IMG/VR virus record: IMGVR_UViG_3300020074_000092
Span: 1-28,506 of that record
Source: a virus
Lineage: Duplodnaviria > Caudoviricetes
Length of the DNA stretch: 28,506 nt
Strand: one strand, 5' to 3'
Below, piece by piece: positions 1-10,600 of the stretch (position 1 is its first letter; every line of letters begins with the position of its first letter). The translations under genes and the position numbers were made by a program. The notes beneath the pieces were generated by a model. The model was not told where the DNA came from and made no database searches. It saw only the letters and a list, made by a program, of their open reading frames with translations.

Positions 1-2
1 AT

Positions 3-3000
3 CCATTATTCTATACTCTGGAAAAATCTGGACATATAATTGCATCAGACAAAGAAGTTAAAAATTATTCTCAAATTAATTTTGTGGATAGTTATTACAA
101 TAATTCTTATAAAATTTCTGGAGTTGGTGCCACTACATTTACAATATCATTAAAAAATTATCCAGAAAAAACTTCTTATAATCAATCCGAATGTGATATT
201 TTAAAATACACAACATCATCAATCTCTGCTCTTGGTGGAGTTTTTAAAATCAGAACAATTTCTCCTGGTTATAATTTTAAAAAATTACCCACATTTAATG
301 GTATAAATTCTGTTCTTGGAAGTGGTGCATATATTATTCCAAAATCTAATAGTATTGGTAAAGTTAATCAGATTAGAATTTTAAATGAGGGATTTGAATA
401 TTCTTCAGATAAAACTTTAAAACCAGAAGCTTTAATACCTAGTTTTATAACAATTAAAAATTCAAAGACAATAGAATCAATTAGTATTATTGATGGTGGA
501 AAAAATTATACTTATCGCCCAGATTTAATTATTGTCGATACAAATACTGGTAATAAAATTGATACTGGACTGTTGACTGCAAATGTTTCAGGATCAAGTA
601 TCAACTCAATTTCTATAGAGGTTCAACCAAATGGTCTTCCAGAATCTATAGTTACTGTAAGAGCAATTAATAATACCAATGGTGTAGGCATTCAATCTAT
701 ACAAGCATCTTCTTCGGGAATTGTAACATGTTTTATTGTTACTCCTCTTTCTGGTTTTGAAATAGAACCTTTTGCACAATATGATAGAATATTTGTAGAG
801 GGTGTACAAAAATCAAATCAAAATGATGATGGTGTCAATTCTGAAGATTATGGATATCAATTTTTCACAATTACAGAATATAATAATGTTGCAAATCCAA
901 GAAAACTAGAATTTAGTTTATCTGGACTAACTACAAATCCAGGAACACCAAAAATAATAGAAAATTTATATGGAACTATTGTAAATTATAATAACTATCC
1001 AAAATTTAATGTTACTCAGAAATTTTCTAACTTTATTATAGGAGAAATTTTAGAAGTAAATAGTGGAAATGGTTTTTCTCAATCAAATTTAAGAATTACA
1101 GAATCTAATAATAATTATATTAAAGTAACTGGGTCTGATGTTTTACAAAAAAATAATGTATTGAGAGGTATTGAATCGGGATCTTTAGCAACAGTTAATT
1201 CAATTAAAGAGTCTTCAGGACAATTTACAATTGACTATGCATCAATTCAACGAATTGGATGGTTAGATGATACTGGCAAACTTGACGAAGATACTCAGGT
1301 TATTTCTGATAATAATTATTATCAGAATCTCTCATATTCAATTAAGAGTAAGCAAGAATGGAATGATATCATTAGTCCAATAAACAACATTGTCCATCCA
1401 ATTGGACTTAAAAACTTTGCCGATACTGAAATTATTGAAAATGTAACCACAGGTGAGATTATTTCTACAGATCAAATAAAATTATTATATAATCTTAGTA
1501 GTCAAAATAGGGTAGATACAATTAATAACTATGATTTAGTTGTTGATGTTGATACTTTTGGAGATTCATCAAAGTTTTTAAAATTTAGTAGGAAAATATT
1601 ATCAGATTATTTTGAATGTAAAACTAATAGAGTTTTAGAAATAGATGATATAAGTTCAGAATTTTCATCTTCAGATAAACCAATTGATACTTCAACAAAA
1701 ATTGTAGATATTATTCCAGCAAACAAATATAACAGATATTTAGTTCAAGTTTCAAATAAAGACTACTCACAATCACAATTTACAGAAATTATAGTTTTAA
1801 ATAATAATTCTGATATTTTTACTCTTGAAAAAGGATCAATTAGTACTGAACTATCTCCAGAATTTGGTTATGAAACTAATATTATGGGAGATGTTTTTGG
1901 GTATATTGATGAATTAGGAAATTGTTATTTAAAATTTGATCCTAAGGATGGATATGATACTACCTATAACATCAAGTATTTAAATACAAGATTTACAAAC
2001 TATACATCGGGTATTGGAACTACCTCAATTGGATATGTTGATTTATTTGGAGTAACTTCAACAGTTTCTCCAGATTCAACTTCCAATTTAATACAAAAAT
2101 CTACATCAAAATTAGAATCAATACATTCAGGCATCCATTTAATTAACAATGTAACAAATGAAATGAGTTATGTTGAAATTTTTGTAGATCATGATGGAAC
2201 AAATACAAATCTTTCTGAATTTTATTTTGATACTAAAGATGGTTTGAGTTCTAATTTTATTGGATCATTTGGAGCATCTATAAGTAGTGGAATTCTATCA
2301 TTACAATATACAAATACCTCTAGTAATAGTATAACTTTAAGAACTAGAAATGTTGGATTTGGTACAACAGCAATTGGGGCAGGTACTTATAGATTTAAAC
2401 AAACTGGCCAGGTTGACGGATATGAAAGCACCGTTAAATATGACTCATTATATTCAAATGTTTCAACAGCATCAACTATCATAGGATTTGATACGAATGA
2501 TTTTACTTCTATAAAGTCTACGATAAAAGTTAGTATCGGACAAACGAGTGCATTGCATCAAGTAATGTTGATTTCAGATTCATCAAATGTATATACAACT
2601 CAATATCCATTTTTATCAATCGGAAGTACAAGTGGTATTGGAACTTTTGGTGGAGAAATGTCTGGTTCTATAGTTTCACTAGTATTTTATCCAGATCCTT
2701 CAATTTCAGGTGATATTGAAATTTTAAGTTTTAATGAAAGTTTTTATAGGGAAAATGATGAAGTAAATATTCCACCAAGTTTGAACTATAGTAATGTTAC
2801 TGAATCAGTTGGAGTCGCTAAGTATTTTGCAATCAATGATCAAGACATTAATAAACTTGACTTTGAACTGAAATATCAAGGCATACCAATTTTTATGAAA
2901 ACATTTAATCCATCGGATTCTTCTATTTTAGATCAATCTACAGGTAAATTTACGATAGTAAATCACTTCTTTAGCACTGGTGAAGAATTAATTTATCGAC

Positions 3001-6000
3001 CAAAATCAACTTTTGTTGGAGTTGCGGCAAGTTCGGTTGGAATTGGATCAACACTTAATCATGTTGGAGTTGTCACTGATATTCTGCCTCAAACTGTATA
3101 TGCAATTAAAGTTTCGAATGATGTATTTAAATTAGCAACAAGAAAAGAATATGCAAATAATGGTATTGCTGTTACATTTACATCTATTGGATCTGGAAAT
3201 GCTCACGAATTGGAGATGGTAAAGAAAAATGAAAAATCTCTTATTTCGATTGATAATGTCATTCAATCTCCAATTGCATACTCACTACTAGATTATACCG
3301 TTAATAATGGTGGAACAATAGGAACTTCCTCTACAATTTTTGGATTAAGTGGAATTTCATCCATTCAATTGGGAGATATTTTAAAAATTGATAATGAATA
3401 TATGAAAGTTGAAAATGTTGGTTTGGGTACGACATACTCTGGACCAATATCCTTTGCCGGAACATTTCCATTAGTAAGTGTTAGAAGAGGATTTGTTGGA
3501 TCTTCAGCGACTTCACATTCAGATTCAACTTCTGTATCTGTTTATAGAGGTTCATTTAATATTACTAACAGTCGCATTTATTTTACAGAGCCGCCCGAAG
3601 GAAGTTTAGAAGATCAGTTGTTTATAGATTATGATAATCTTGCGGAAGCTAGATCATATTTTAATGGAAGAGTATTTTTAAGAAAAGATTATACTTCTAA
3701 TCAAGTTTATGATAATCTTTCAGAAAAATTTACAGGTATAGGACAAACTTATACACTAACAGTTGGTGGAGCTAATACTGTTGGATTAGGAACTAGTGGT
3801 GGAAATGGTATTGTTCTTATTAATGGAATATATCAAACGCCAACTACAGAAAATAATACTAATAATAATTTTAGAATAATTGAAAATTCATCTATTGGAA
3901 TTAGTAGCGTAATTTTCTCAGGAATTACATCTTCAAATGGATCTATTATTATTTCAGAATCAGATGTAAACCTGAATCAACTACCCAGAGGTGGAATTAT
4001 TGTTTCTCTTGGATCAACTCCAGGTCTTGGTTATGCACCCCTCATAGGCGCTGCAATAACGGCAATAATTGGTGCAGGTGGATCTATTACTTCCATTGGA
4101 ATTGGAACATCTGGCAGTTGGGGGTCTGGTTATAGAAGTCCAGTTTCGATAGCAGTGACTGAAAGTGGTCATACAGGACTAGGAGCAACAATTAATGCCG
4201 TTGTAGGTGCTGGTGGAACACTTTCATTCGTTATTGTTGGTGGTGGTACAAATTATACAAATCCAACTATCAATATATCTTCACCAAGTTATAGTAATCT
4301 TTCTATGATTGGTGTTTCTAGATTAAGCACTGGAGCAACAACTGAATGTGGTATTGGTTTACTTTTAAATGTAGATGTTGGGGCAAGTTCAACAACAGGA
4401 ATAGGTTCAACTTTATTTGAAGTTACTGGTTTTGACATTGTAAGAAATGGTTATGGATTTAAAAAAGGTGATGTAATTAAACCAGTAGGTCTTGTTACAG
4501 CATACGGTCTTACACAACCAATTACCGAATTTGAATTAACAATCCTTGATACTTTTACAGATTCTTTTTCGGCTTGGCAATTTGGAGAATTAGATTATAT
4601 TGATTCTATTAAAAACTTACAAAATGGAGTAAGAAAAAGATTTCCTCTTTATTACAATTCTCAATTGTTAAGTTTTGAAAGAAGTTCTAGTGATGAAGAT
4701 TCTCGAGCAATAGATTTTAATTCATTGCTTGTAATATTTGTAAATGGAATTCTACAACAACCAGTTGCTACATATCAATTTGATGGTGGAGCATCATTTG
4801 CATTTACTGAAGCACCTAAGAGTGAAGATAATGTGTCAATTTATTTCTATAAAGGTAGTCCTTCTGATAGTCAATATAAAGATGATGTATATGAAACTAT
4901 TAAATCTGGAGATGATGTCCAAGTTTTTAGTAATAATAATTCTTTGACAAATACAATAACACAATCTTCAAGAACAGTAACTAATATTATTTCATCCAAG
5001 GTACTTGAAACTAATCTTTATAATTTACAAGGTGTTGATGATACTAATTTTAAACCAGTTAGTTGGACAAAACAAAAAGTTGATAAAATTATTAATGGAT
5101 ATTTAGTTTCTAAAGCAAGAGAATCTTTAGAACCTCAAATTTATCCAACATCCAAAATTATCAAAAATGTAAGTCAAAATGATAGTCAAATATTTGTAGA
5201 TGATATATCTTTGTTTAATTATGAAGCAGAACCTTCAGTTGATTTTGACGCATTAATTGTTTCTGGGTTACAAGATCCAATATCAGGTGTTGTTACTGCT
5301 GTGGTTTCTAGTGCTGGAACAATTCAATCTTTAGTTATTAGTAATGTTGGTAGTGGATATACAGGATCTTCAATTGAAGTAAATATTGCATCACCATTAC
5401 CTACAATTGTAGCATTTGGAACTACTTTATCAGTTACTCCTGGAACTAGAGCGACTGCTTCTATTTCCATTATAAATGGATCACTTTCAACAGTATCAAT
5501 TATAAATGCAGGATCTGGTTATACTACATCAAATCTGCCACAAGTAATCATTCCACTTCCAGATCCAATTTATGAAAATATTACTAAAATTACTAATATT
5601 AGTGGAACCTCAGGAAATGTTATAGGAATAGGCACTACTGTAGGAATTGGGACAGATCTTGCTCTTAATTTTACTTTGTCTTCGATGAATAATATTGAAG
5701 TAGGAAATCCAATTTATATTTTTAATACTAAAGTTGGTAATGGTGTAACATCAATTATAAATGATAATTCTAGTATTGTTGGTGTAGGAACCACTTTCTT
5801 AGATAATGTGTATTATATTAGTGGAAAAAATGTTTCTGCAGGAATTATTACTTGTAATGTTCATTCTCAAACATCAATTGTTGGAATTGCCACAACTGGG
5901 TCTAATATTGGTAAATTTTCATGGGGTAAATTATCAGGATTTACTAGGTCTTCATCTCCGATATCGATAGGTATTTCTGGATTTACAATTAATTCTGGTT

Positions 6001-6065
6001 TATCAACATTCCCAACAATTCAAAGAAGGGGATTTGGATTAAAGGGTATTGGTCCTATTAGTTAA
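3..6065 (+). CDS. gp7: Giant baseplate wedge initiator (gp7-like) virion structural protein, 5'-truncated by the window
   Basis: The frame is open from base 3 (PLFYTLEKSGHIIASDKEVKNYSQINFV...), so the GTG at 84 is not the true start. It carries the gp7-type motif DNNYYQNLSYSIKS...W...VHPIGLKNF (about 1308-1418) and GGxxY/GSGY beta-repeats, and lies directly upstream of gp8. Confidence 0.75.
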   Translation, partial: PLFYTLEKSGHIIASDKEVKNYSQINFVDSYYNNSYKISGVGATTFTISLKNYPEKTSYNQSECDILKYTTSSISALGGVFKIRTISPGYNFKKLPTFNGINSVLGSGAYIIPKSNSIGKVNQIRILNEGFEYSSDKTLKPEALIPSFITIKNSKTIESISIIDGGKNYTYRPDLIIVDTNTGNKIDTGLLTANVSGSSINSISIEVQPNGLPESIVTVRAINNTNGVGIQSIQASSSGIVTCFIVTPLSGFEIEPFAQYDRIFVEGVQKSNQNDDGVNSEDYGYQFFTITEYNNVANPRKLEFSLSGLTTNPGTPKIIENLYGTIVNYNNYPKFNVTQKFSNFIIGEILEVNSGNGFSQSNLRITESNNNYIKVTGSDVLQKNNVLRGIESGSLATVNSIKESSGQFTIDYASIQRIGWLDDTGKLDEDTQVISDNNYYQNLSYSIKSKQEWNDIISPINNIVHPIGLKNFADTEIIENVTTGEIISTDQIKLLYNLSSQNRVDTINNYDLVVDVDTFGDSSKFLKFSRKILSDYFECKTNRVLEIDDISSEFSSSDKPIDTSTKIVDIIPANKYNRYLVQVSNKDYSQSQFTEIIVLNNNSDIFTLEKGSISTELSPEFGYETNIMGDVFGYIDELGNCYLKFDPKDGYDTTYNIKYLNTRFTNYTSGIGTTSIGYVDLFGVTSTVSPDSTSNLIQKSTSKLESIHSGIHLINNVTNEMSYVEIFVDHDGTNTNLSEFYFDTKDGLSSNFIGSFGASISSGILSLQYTNTSSNSITLRTRNVGFGTTAIGAGTYRFKQTGQVDGYESTVKYDSLYSNVSTASTIIGFDTNDFTSIKSTIKVSIGQTSALHQVMLISDSSNVYTTQYPFLSIGSTSGIGTFGGEMSGSIVSLVFYPDPSISGDIEILSFNESFYRENDEVNIPPSLNYSNVTESVGVAKYFAINDQDINKLDFELKYQGIPIFMKTFNPSDSSILDQSTGKFTIVNHFFSTGEELIYRPKSTFVGVAASSVGIGSTLNHVGVVTDILPQTVYAIKVSNDVFKLATRKEYANNGIAVTFTSIGSGNAHELEMVKKNEKSLISIDNVIQSPIAYSLLDYTVNNGGTIGTSSTIFGLSGISSIQLGDILKIDNEYMKVENVGLGTTYSGPISFAGTFPLVSVRRGFVGSSATSHSDSTSVSVYRGSFNITNSRIYFTEPPEGSLEDQLFIDYDNLAEARSYFNGRVFLRKDYTSNQVYDNLSEKFTGIGQTYTLTVGGANTVGLGTSGGNGIVLINGIYQTPTTENNTNNNFRIIENSSIGISSVIFSGITSSNGSIIISESDVNLNQLPRGGIIVSLGSTPGLGYAPLIGAAITAIIGAGGSITSIGIGTSGSWGSGYRSPVSIAVTESGHTGLGATINAVVGAGGTLSFVIVGGGTNYTNPTINISSPSYSNLSMIGVSRLSTGATTECGIGLLLNVDVGASSTTGIGSTLFEVTGFDIVRNGYGFKKGDVIKPVGLVTAYGLTQPITEFELTILDTFTDSFSAWQFGELDYIDSIKNLQNGVRKRFPLYYNSQLLSFERSSSDEDSRAIDFNSLLVIFVNGILQQPVATYQFDGGASFAFTEAPKSEDNVSIYFYKGSPSDSQYKDDVYETIKSGDDVQVFSNNNSLTNTITQSSRTVTNIISSKVLETNLYNLQGVDDTNFKPVSWTKQKVDKIINGYLVSKARESLEPQIYPTSKIIKNVSQNDSQIFVDDISLFNYEAEPSVDFDALIVSGLQDPISGVVTAVVSSAGTIQSLVISNVGSGYTGSSIEVNIASPLPTIVAFGTTLSVTPGTRATASISIINGSLSTVSIINAGSGYTTSNLPQVIIPLPDPIYENITKITNISGTSGNVIGIGTTVGIGTDLALNFTLSSMNNIEVGNPIYIFNTKVGNGVTSIINDNSSIVGVGTTFLDNVYYISGKNVSAGIITCNVHSQTSIVGIATTGSNIGKFSWGKLSGFTRSSSPISIGISGFTINSGLSTFPTIQRRGFGLKGIGPIS

Positions 6066-6083
6066 AAAGACCTTTTTATATGA

Positions 6084-6091
6084 TATAAATA
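6084..6091 (+). promoter_or_regulatory. T4-type late promoter (gp55-dependent) TATAAATA
   Basis: Exact TATAAATA in the 45-bp intergenic gap, 19 nt before the gp8 ATG. Confidence 0.85.
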
Positions 6092-6110
6092 CAGAAAAAA
6101 CAATATTCAT

Positions 6111-7679
6111 ATGTCTGCAATTGTAACAGATCAATTTAGAATACTTAATGCAACTAGTTTTGTAGATTCTGTTAATGATTCTTCAAATTCTTACTATGTT
6201 TTTGTTGGATTGTCTAATCCTAATGTTTCTGGGTTTGGTAGAAATGACAATTGGGATACAACAGTACCAAATCCAATAGATAATAGTGATTATTTAAATC
6301 ATTACAAATCAACAATTTTATTTGGTAAAAAAATTACAAGTGCCAATATTAGAAGAGTAATTAGAAAAATTAATTGGATTTCTGGCACACAATATGAAAT
6401 GTATAGATCAGATTATAGTATAATAAATCCTTCACCAACTACTGGATCAGTAAGATTATATGATGCAAATTATTATGTTTTAAATTCTGACTATAGAGTT
6501 TATATTTGTATTGATAATGGTTCTTCTGGAATTAAAACTACGGGAAATGCTTCACAAATTGAACCAACATTTACAGATTTAGAACCATCTAAACTTAGTG
6601 ATGGGTATACTTGGAAATATCTATATACAGTGTCTCAAAGTGATATTATAAAGTTTGATTCCACTGAATATATTACACTTCCAAATGATTGGGATACCTC
6701 TACAGATTCTCAAATTACTGCGGTTAGAGAAAATGGAAATTCAAATTTAAATGAAAATCAAATTAAAAAAGTTTATATACAAAATCAAGGTTTAGGATAT
6801 GATACTGGAACTAAATCTTGCAATTTAGTTGGTGATGGTTCTGGCGGAACTGTTTCAGTAACAATTGACACATCAAGTAAAATTAGTGATGTGGTGGTTA
6901 CATCTGGGGGAAAAAATTATACATATGCTCTAGTCGATTTAGGAACTACTAAGATGGGATTAAACGGAGTTTTTGCAGAATTAATACCAATTATTCCTCC
7001 ATCTAAAGGTCATGGTTTTAATATCTATCATGAATTAGGTGCAGATAAGGTACTAGTATATGCAAGATTTGATGATTCTACCAAAGATTTTCCAGTAGAT
7101 AGTAAATTTGCACAAGTTGGAATTTTAAAAAATCCAACAGTTTATGATTCTACAGGAATCAATACCACAGTATATAATCAGAATGATTTTTCTGCCCTTT
7201 ATTCGATGGCATTAACTGGAATAATTGGTGGAACTCCTTCAGTTGGTGATAAAATACAACAACTGCAAGCAAATGATAAAAAATCTTTTGGTTGGGTTGC
7301 TTCCTATGATTCCGAGACTAATATTTTAAAATATTATCAGGATAGATCTTTATACTATAATGGTGGAGGTGGATCAAATCATACGGATTTTATTGGAATA
7401 ACATCATTTTTTGATTCTACAGGAAATTTAGTTGGATTTAATACAAGTACACAAATAACAAGCAGTGGATGGAGTGCAAATGTTGATGCATCTATTGACA
7501 ACACAAGTACATTGACTATTTCAAATAAAATTATAAATCTTGGCGTCCAATTTACGAATGGTCTTGCAAATCCAGAGATAAATAGTAAGTCTGGGGATGT
7601 AATTTATATTAGTAATAGGCAAACAGTTACAAGAAATTCTAGACAAAAAGAAGACATTAAAATTATCCTGGAATTTTAA
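6111..7679 (+). CDS. gp8: Baseplate wedge subunit gp8
   Basis: 522 aa. Start MSAIVTDQFRILNA, plus YYVLNSDYRVYICIDN, DGYTWKYLYT and C-terminal SGDVIYISNR...R..RQKEDIKIILEF, all typical of T4-like gp8. Confidence 0.9.
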   Translation: MSAIVTDQFRILNATSFVDSVNDSSNSYYVFVGLSNPNVSGFGRNDNWDTTVPNPIDNSDYLNHYKSTILFGKKITSANIRRVIRKINWISGTQYEMYRSDYSIINPSPTTGSVRLYDANYYVLNSDYRVYICIDNGSSGIKTTGNASQIEPTFTDLEPSKLSDGYTWKYLYTVSQSDIIKFDSTEYITLPNDWDTSTDSQITAVRENGNSNLNENQIKKVYIQNQGLGYDTGTKSCNLVGDGSGGTVSVTIDTSSKISDVVVTSGGKNYTYALVDLGTTKMGLNGVFAELIPIIPPSKGHGFNIYHELGADKVLVYARFDDSTKDFPVDSKFAQVGILKNPTVYDSTGINTTVYNQNDFSALYSMALTGIIGGTPSVGDKIQQLQANDKKSFGWVASYDSETNILKYYQDRSLYYNGGGGSNHTDFIGITSFFDSTGNLVGFNTSTQITSSGWSANVDASIDNTSTLTISNKIINLGVQFTNGLANPEINSKSGDVIYISNRQTVTRNSRQKEDIKIILEF

Positions 7680-7682
7680 AAG

Positions 7683-10600
7683 ATGGCTCAAAAAACTAAC
7701 CTTAATGTAAGTCCATATTTTGATGACTTTTCCGAACCAACTATAGGTGCTAAAGATAAAGATTACTATAAGATTTTATTTAACCCAGGAAAAGCAATTC
7801 AAACTCGTGAGTTAAATACTCTACAGTCAATATTGCAAAATCAAATAGAAACTTTTGGTAGTCATATTTTTAAAGAAGGATCTGTAGTAATTCCAGGAAA
7901 TATCACTTATGATGGACAATTTTATGCTGTTAGAGTAAATCCTAAGCAATATGATGTTGATGTTACCACATATTTACAAAATTTTGTAGGTAAAAAAATT
8001 ACAGGACAGGTATCTGGAATTACTGCAACTGTTCAGTTAGTTCAACTTCCAAATTCAGATATTGAATATGCCACACTTTATGTAAAATATATTGATTCTG
8101 ACTCAGATTTTAAAATTAGTCAATTTCAGAATAACGAAACTTTATCTGCATCAGAAACTGTAGATTCAATTACATCTGGTATTCCTTTTGCTACAACAAT
8201 TTCATCTGAAGCATCTTCAATTGGGTCTGCAGCTTCTATAGGTGAAGGTGTATATTTTATTAGGGGTATTTTTGTAAGAGTTCCTCAACAAACAATTATT
8301 TTAGATTATTATACTAACACTCCATCATATAGAGTTGGTTTGAGAATTAATGAACAAATCATTACTGCTAAGGATGATAGCACTCTTTATGATAATGCAA
8401 AGGGATTTACAAATTATGCTGCTCCAGGAGCAGATAGATTTAAAATTTCATTAATATTAAGTAAAAAACTTTTAACTGATTTAGATGATACTGATTTTGT
8501 AGAACTTTTAAGAGTTAGAAATGGTGCTATTCAAAAAATTCAAGTTAAATCTAGTTATTCTTTAATTAGAGATTATTTGGCGCAAAGAACATATGATGAA
8601 TCTGGAAATTATACAGTAACACCATTTCAATTTACATTAAATAATTCTTTAAATAATAGACTTGGGAATGATGGTTTATTTTTCAGCAATGAAAAAACGA
8701 ATCAGGGAAATACTCCAAATGATGATTTAATGTGTGTAAAACTTTCTCCAGGAAAAGCTTATGTAAGGGGATATGATATAGAAAAAACTGGTGTTGAAAT
8801 TATAGATGTACCAAAACCAAGAACTACTCAAAAAGTTTCATCAGTAAATATTCCCTTTGAAATGGGAAATTTATTGAGAGTTAATAATGTAACAGGGGCA
8901 CCAAAACAAAAAGAAATAGTTTATCTACAAAATAGAAGAAAAAATAGTACAATAAATCCTGCAGGATCAACTATTGGATCGGCAAGAATTTATAATTTTA
9001 ATGTAACAGATGCTGCATATAGTGGTGCATCAACAAACTGGGACATTTATCTTTATGACATTCAAACTTATACTGAATTAACATTAAATCAATCTGTTTC
9101 TTCATCGGAAATTCCTGCAACTTCATTCATTAAAGGAAAAAGTAGTGGCGCAAGTGGTTATGCAGTTTCAGCAGGATCTGGGACAAATATAATTAGTGTA
9201 AGACAAACTTCAGGAACTTTTTCTGTCGGTGAACAAATTTTTATTAATGGAGTTGAATTATATCCAAGAACAATTTCTTCTGTAAAAATTTATGGAATTG
9301 ATGACATAAAATCTGTATATCAGTCAACAGCAGTATCTGGATTTACAACAGCGTTTTTATCAGATACTCAATTGGATATAATTTCTAGACCAGAACTTAT
9401 TACTATAACTGCGGCAAGTGGTGGAATTAGTACCGCTACAGTTTCATCTCCAGCAACCTTTAGTGGAATTAAAACAGATACTATAATTAGATATCAAAGA
9501 GATGGTGCATCAAGTGAAATTTATAATCGTGTTGTTTCAATATCACCATCTTTAAATTCTATGACTCTAGAAGCGGTTACATCTGTTTCTAATATTTGCG
9601 ATGGTTCTCTTCCTGGTGTTGGTTTAACTTCTAAGGTTTCATATTCTTTAGGAGTTTCAATATTAAAAAATGAAGAAAGAGGATTTTTATACGCACAGTT
9701 ACCAAATTCAAATGTTTCATCAACAGATTTAAGTGCATCAACAATTACTTTTTCGGCACAATCAAATAGTACATTTACTGTATCAACAAATACATTAACT
9801 GTAAACACAGGAAACTTTAATTTAGGAATAAATTCAACATCAGTAAACTTTGAAGCATATGATGAAGAAAGATATTCTATTTTCTACAGTAATGGTACTA
9901 TAGAAAATTTAACATCAGATAAAGTTAATGTGAGTGGTAATCAGGTTACATTTTCAAATATTTCTAATGGACAAATTTCGGCAATTAATGCAACTTTTGT
10001 TAAAAATGGGATTCAAAGTAAAATTAAACAATTTAATAGATCAAAAATAATAAATATAACCTTATCTAAAGATCCTCAATCTGGTGTTGGAGTCAATACA
10101 TCGATAAATGATGGTCTTACATATAATCAATATTATGGATTAAGAGTGCAAGATGAAGAAATAAGTCTTAACTATCCAGATGTTGCAAATGTCATTGCTG
10201 TTTATGAATCTTTAGATACTAGTAGTCCAGTTTTAGATCAAGTTTTATTTAATTCAATTGCAAATGTTAGTAATAATGCAATTATAGGCGAAAATATTAT
10301 AGGTAGTACAAGTAAATCAGTTGCAAGAGTAGTATCAAAACCATCTTCAGATACACTAGGTATTGTTTATTTAAATGATAGTAAATTTATTTCTGGTGAA
10401 AATGTTACTTTTGAAGAATCAAATGTCAATACAACAATTGCATCTATTACATTAGGAAAATATAGAAATATTACAACAAAATTCATATTAGATAAAGGTC
10501 AAAAAGAACAGTATTATGATTATTCCAAATTAATTAGAAAAAATGGAGAAAGTTCTCCATCCAAACAACTTTTAATTATATTTGATTATTATTCAGTACC

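Noticed and set aside
84-86. GTG start of the 1993-aa ORF
   Set aside because: The frame is open back to base 3, so the gene starts upstream of the window.
6063-6078. Inverted repeat TAAAAAG-AC-CTTTTTA after gp7 as a terminator
   Set aside because: The stem is almost entirely A/T with too small a loop, which is too weak for an intrinsic terminator.
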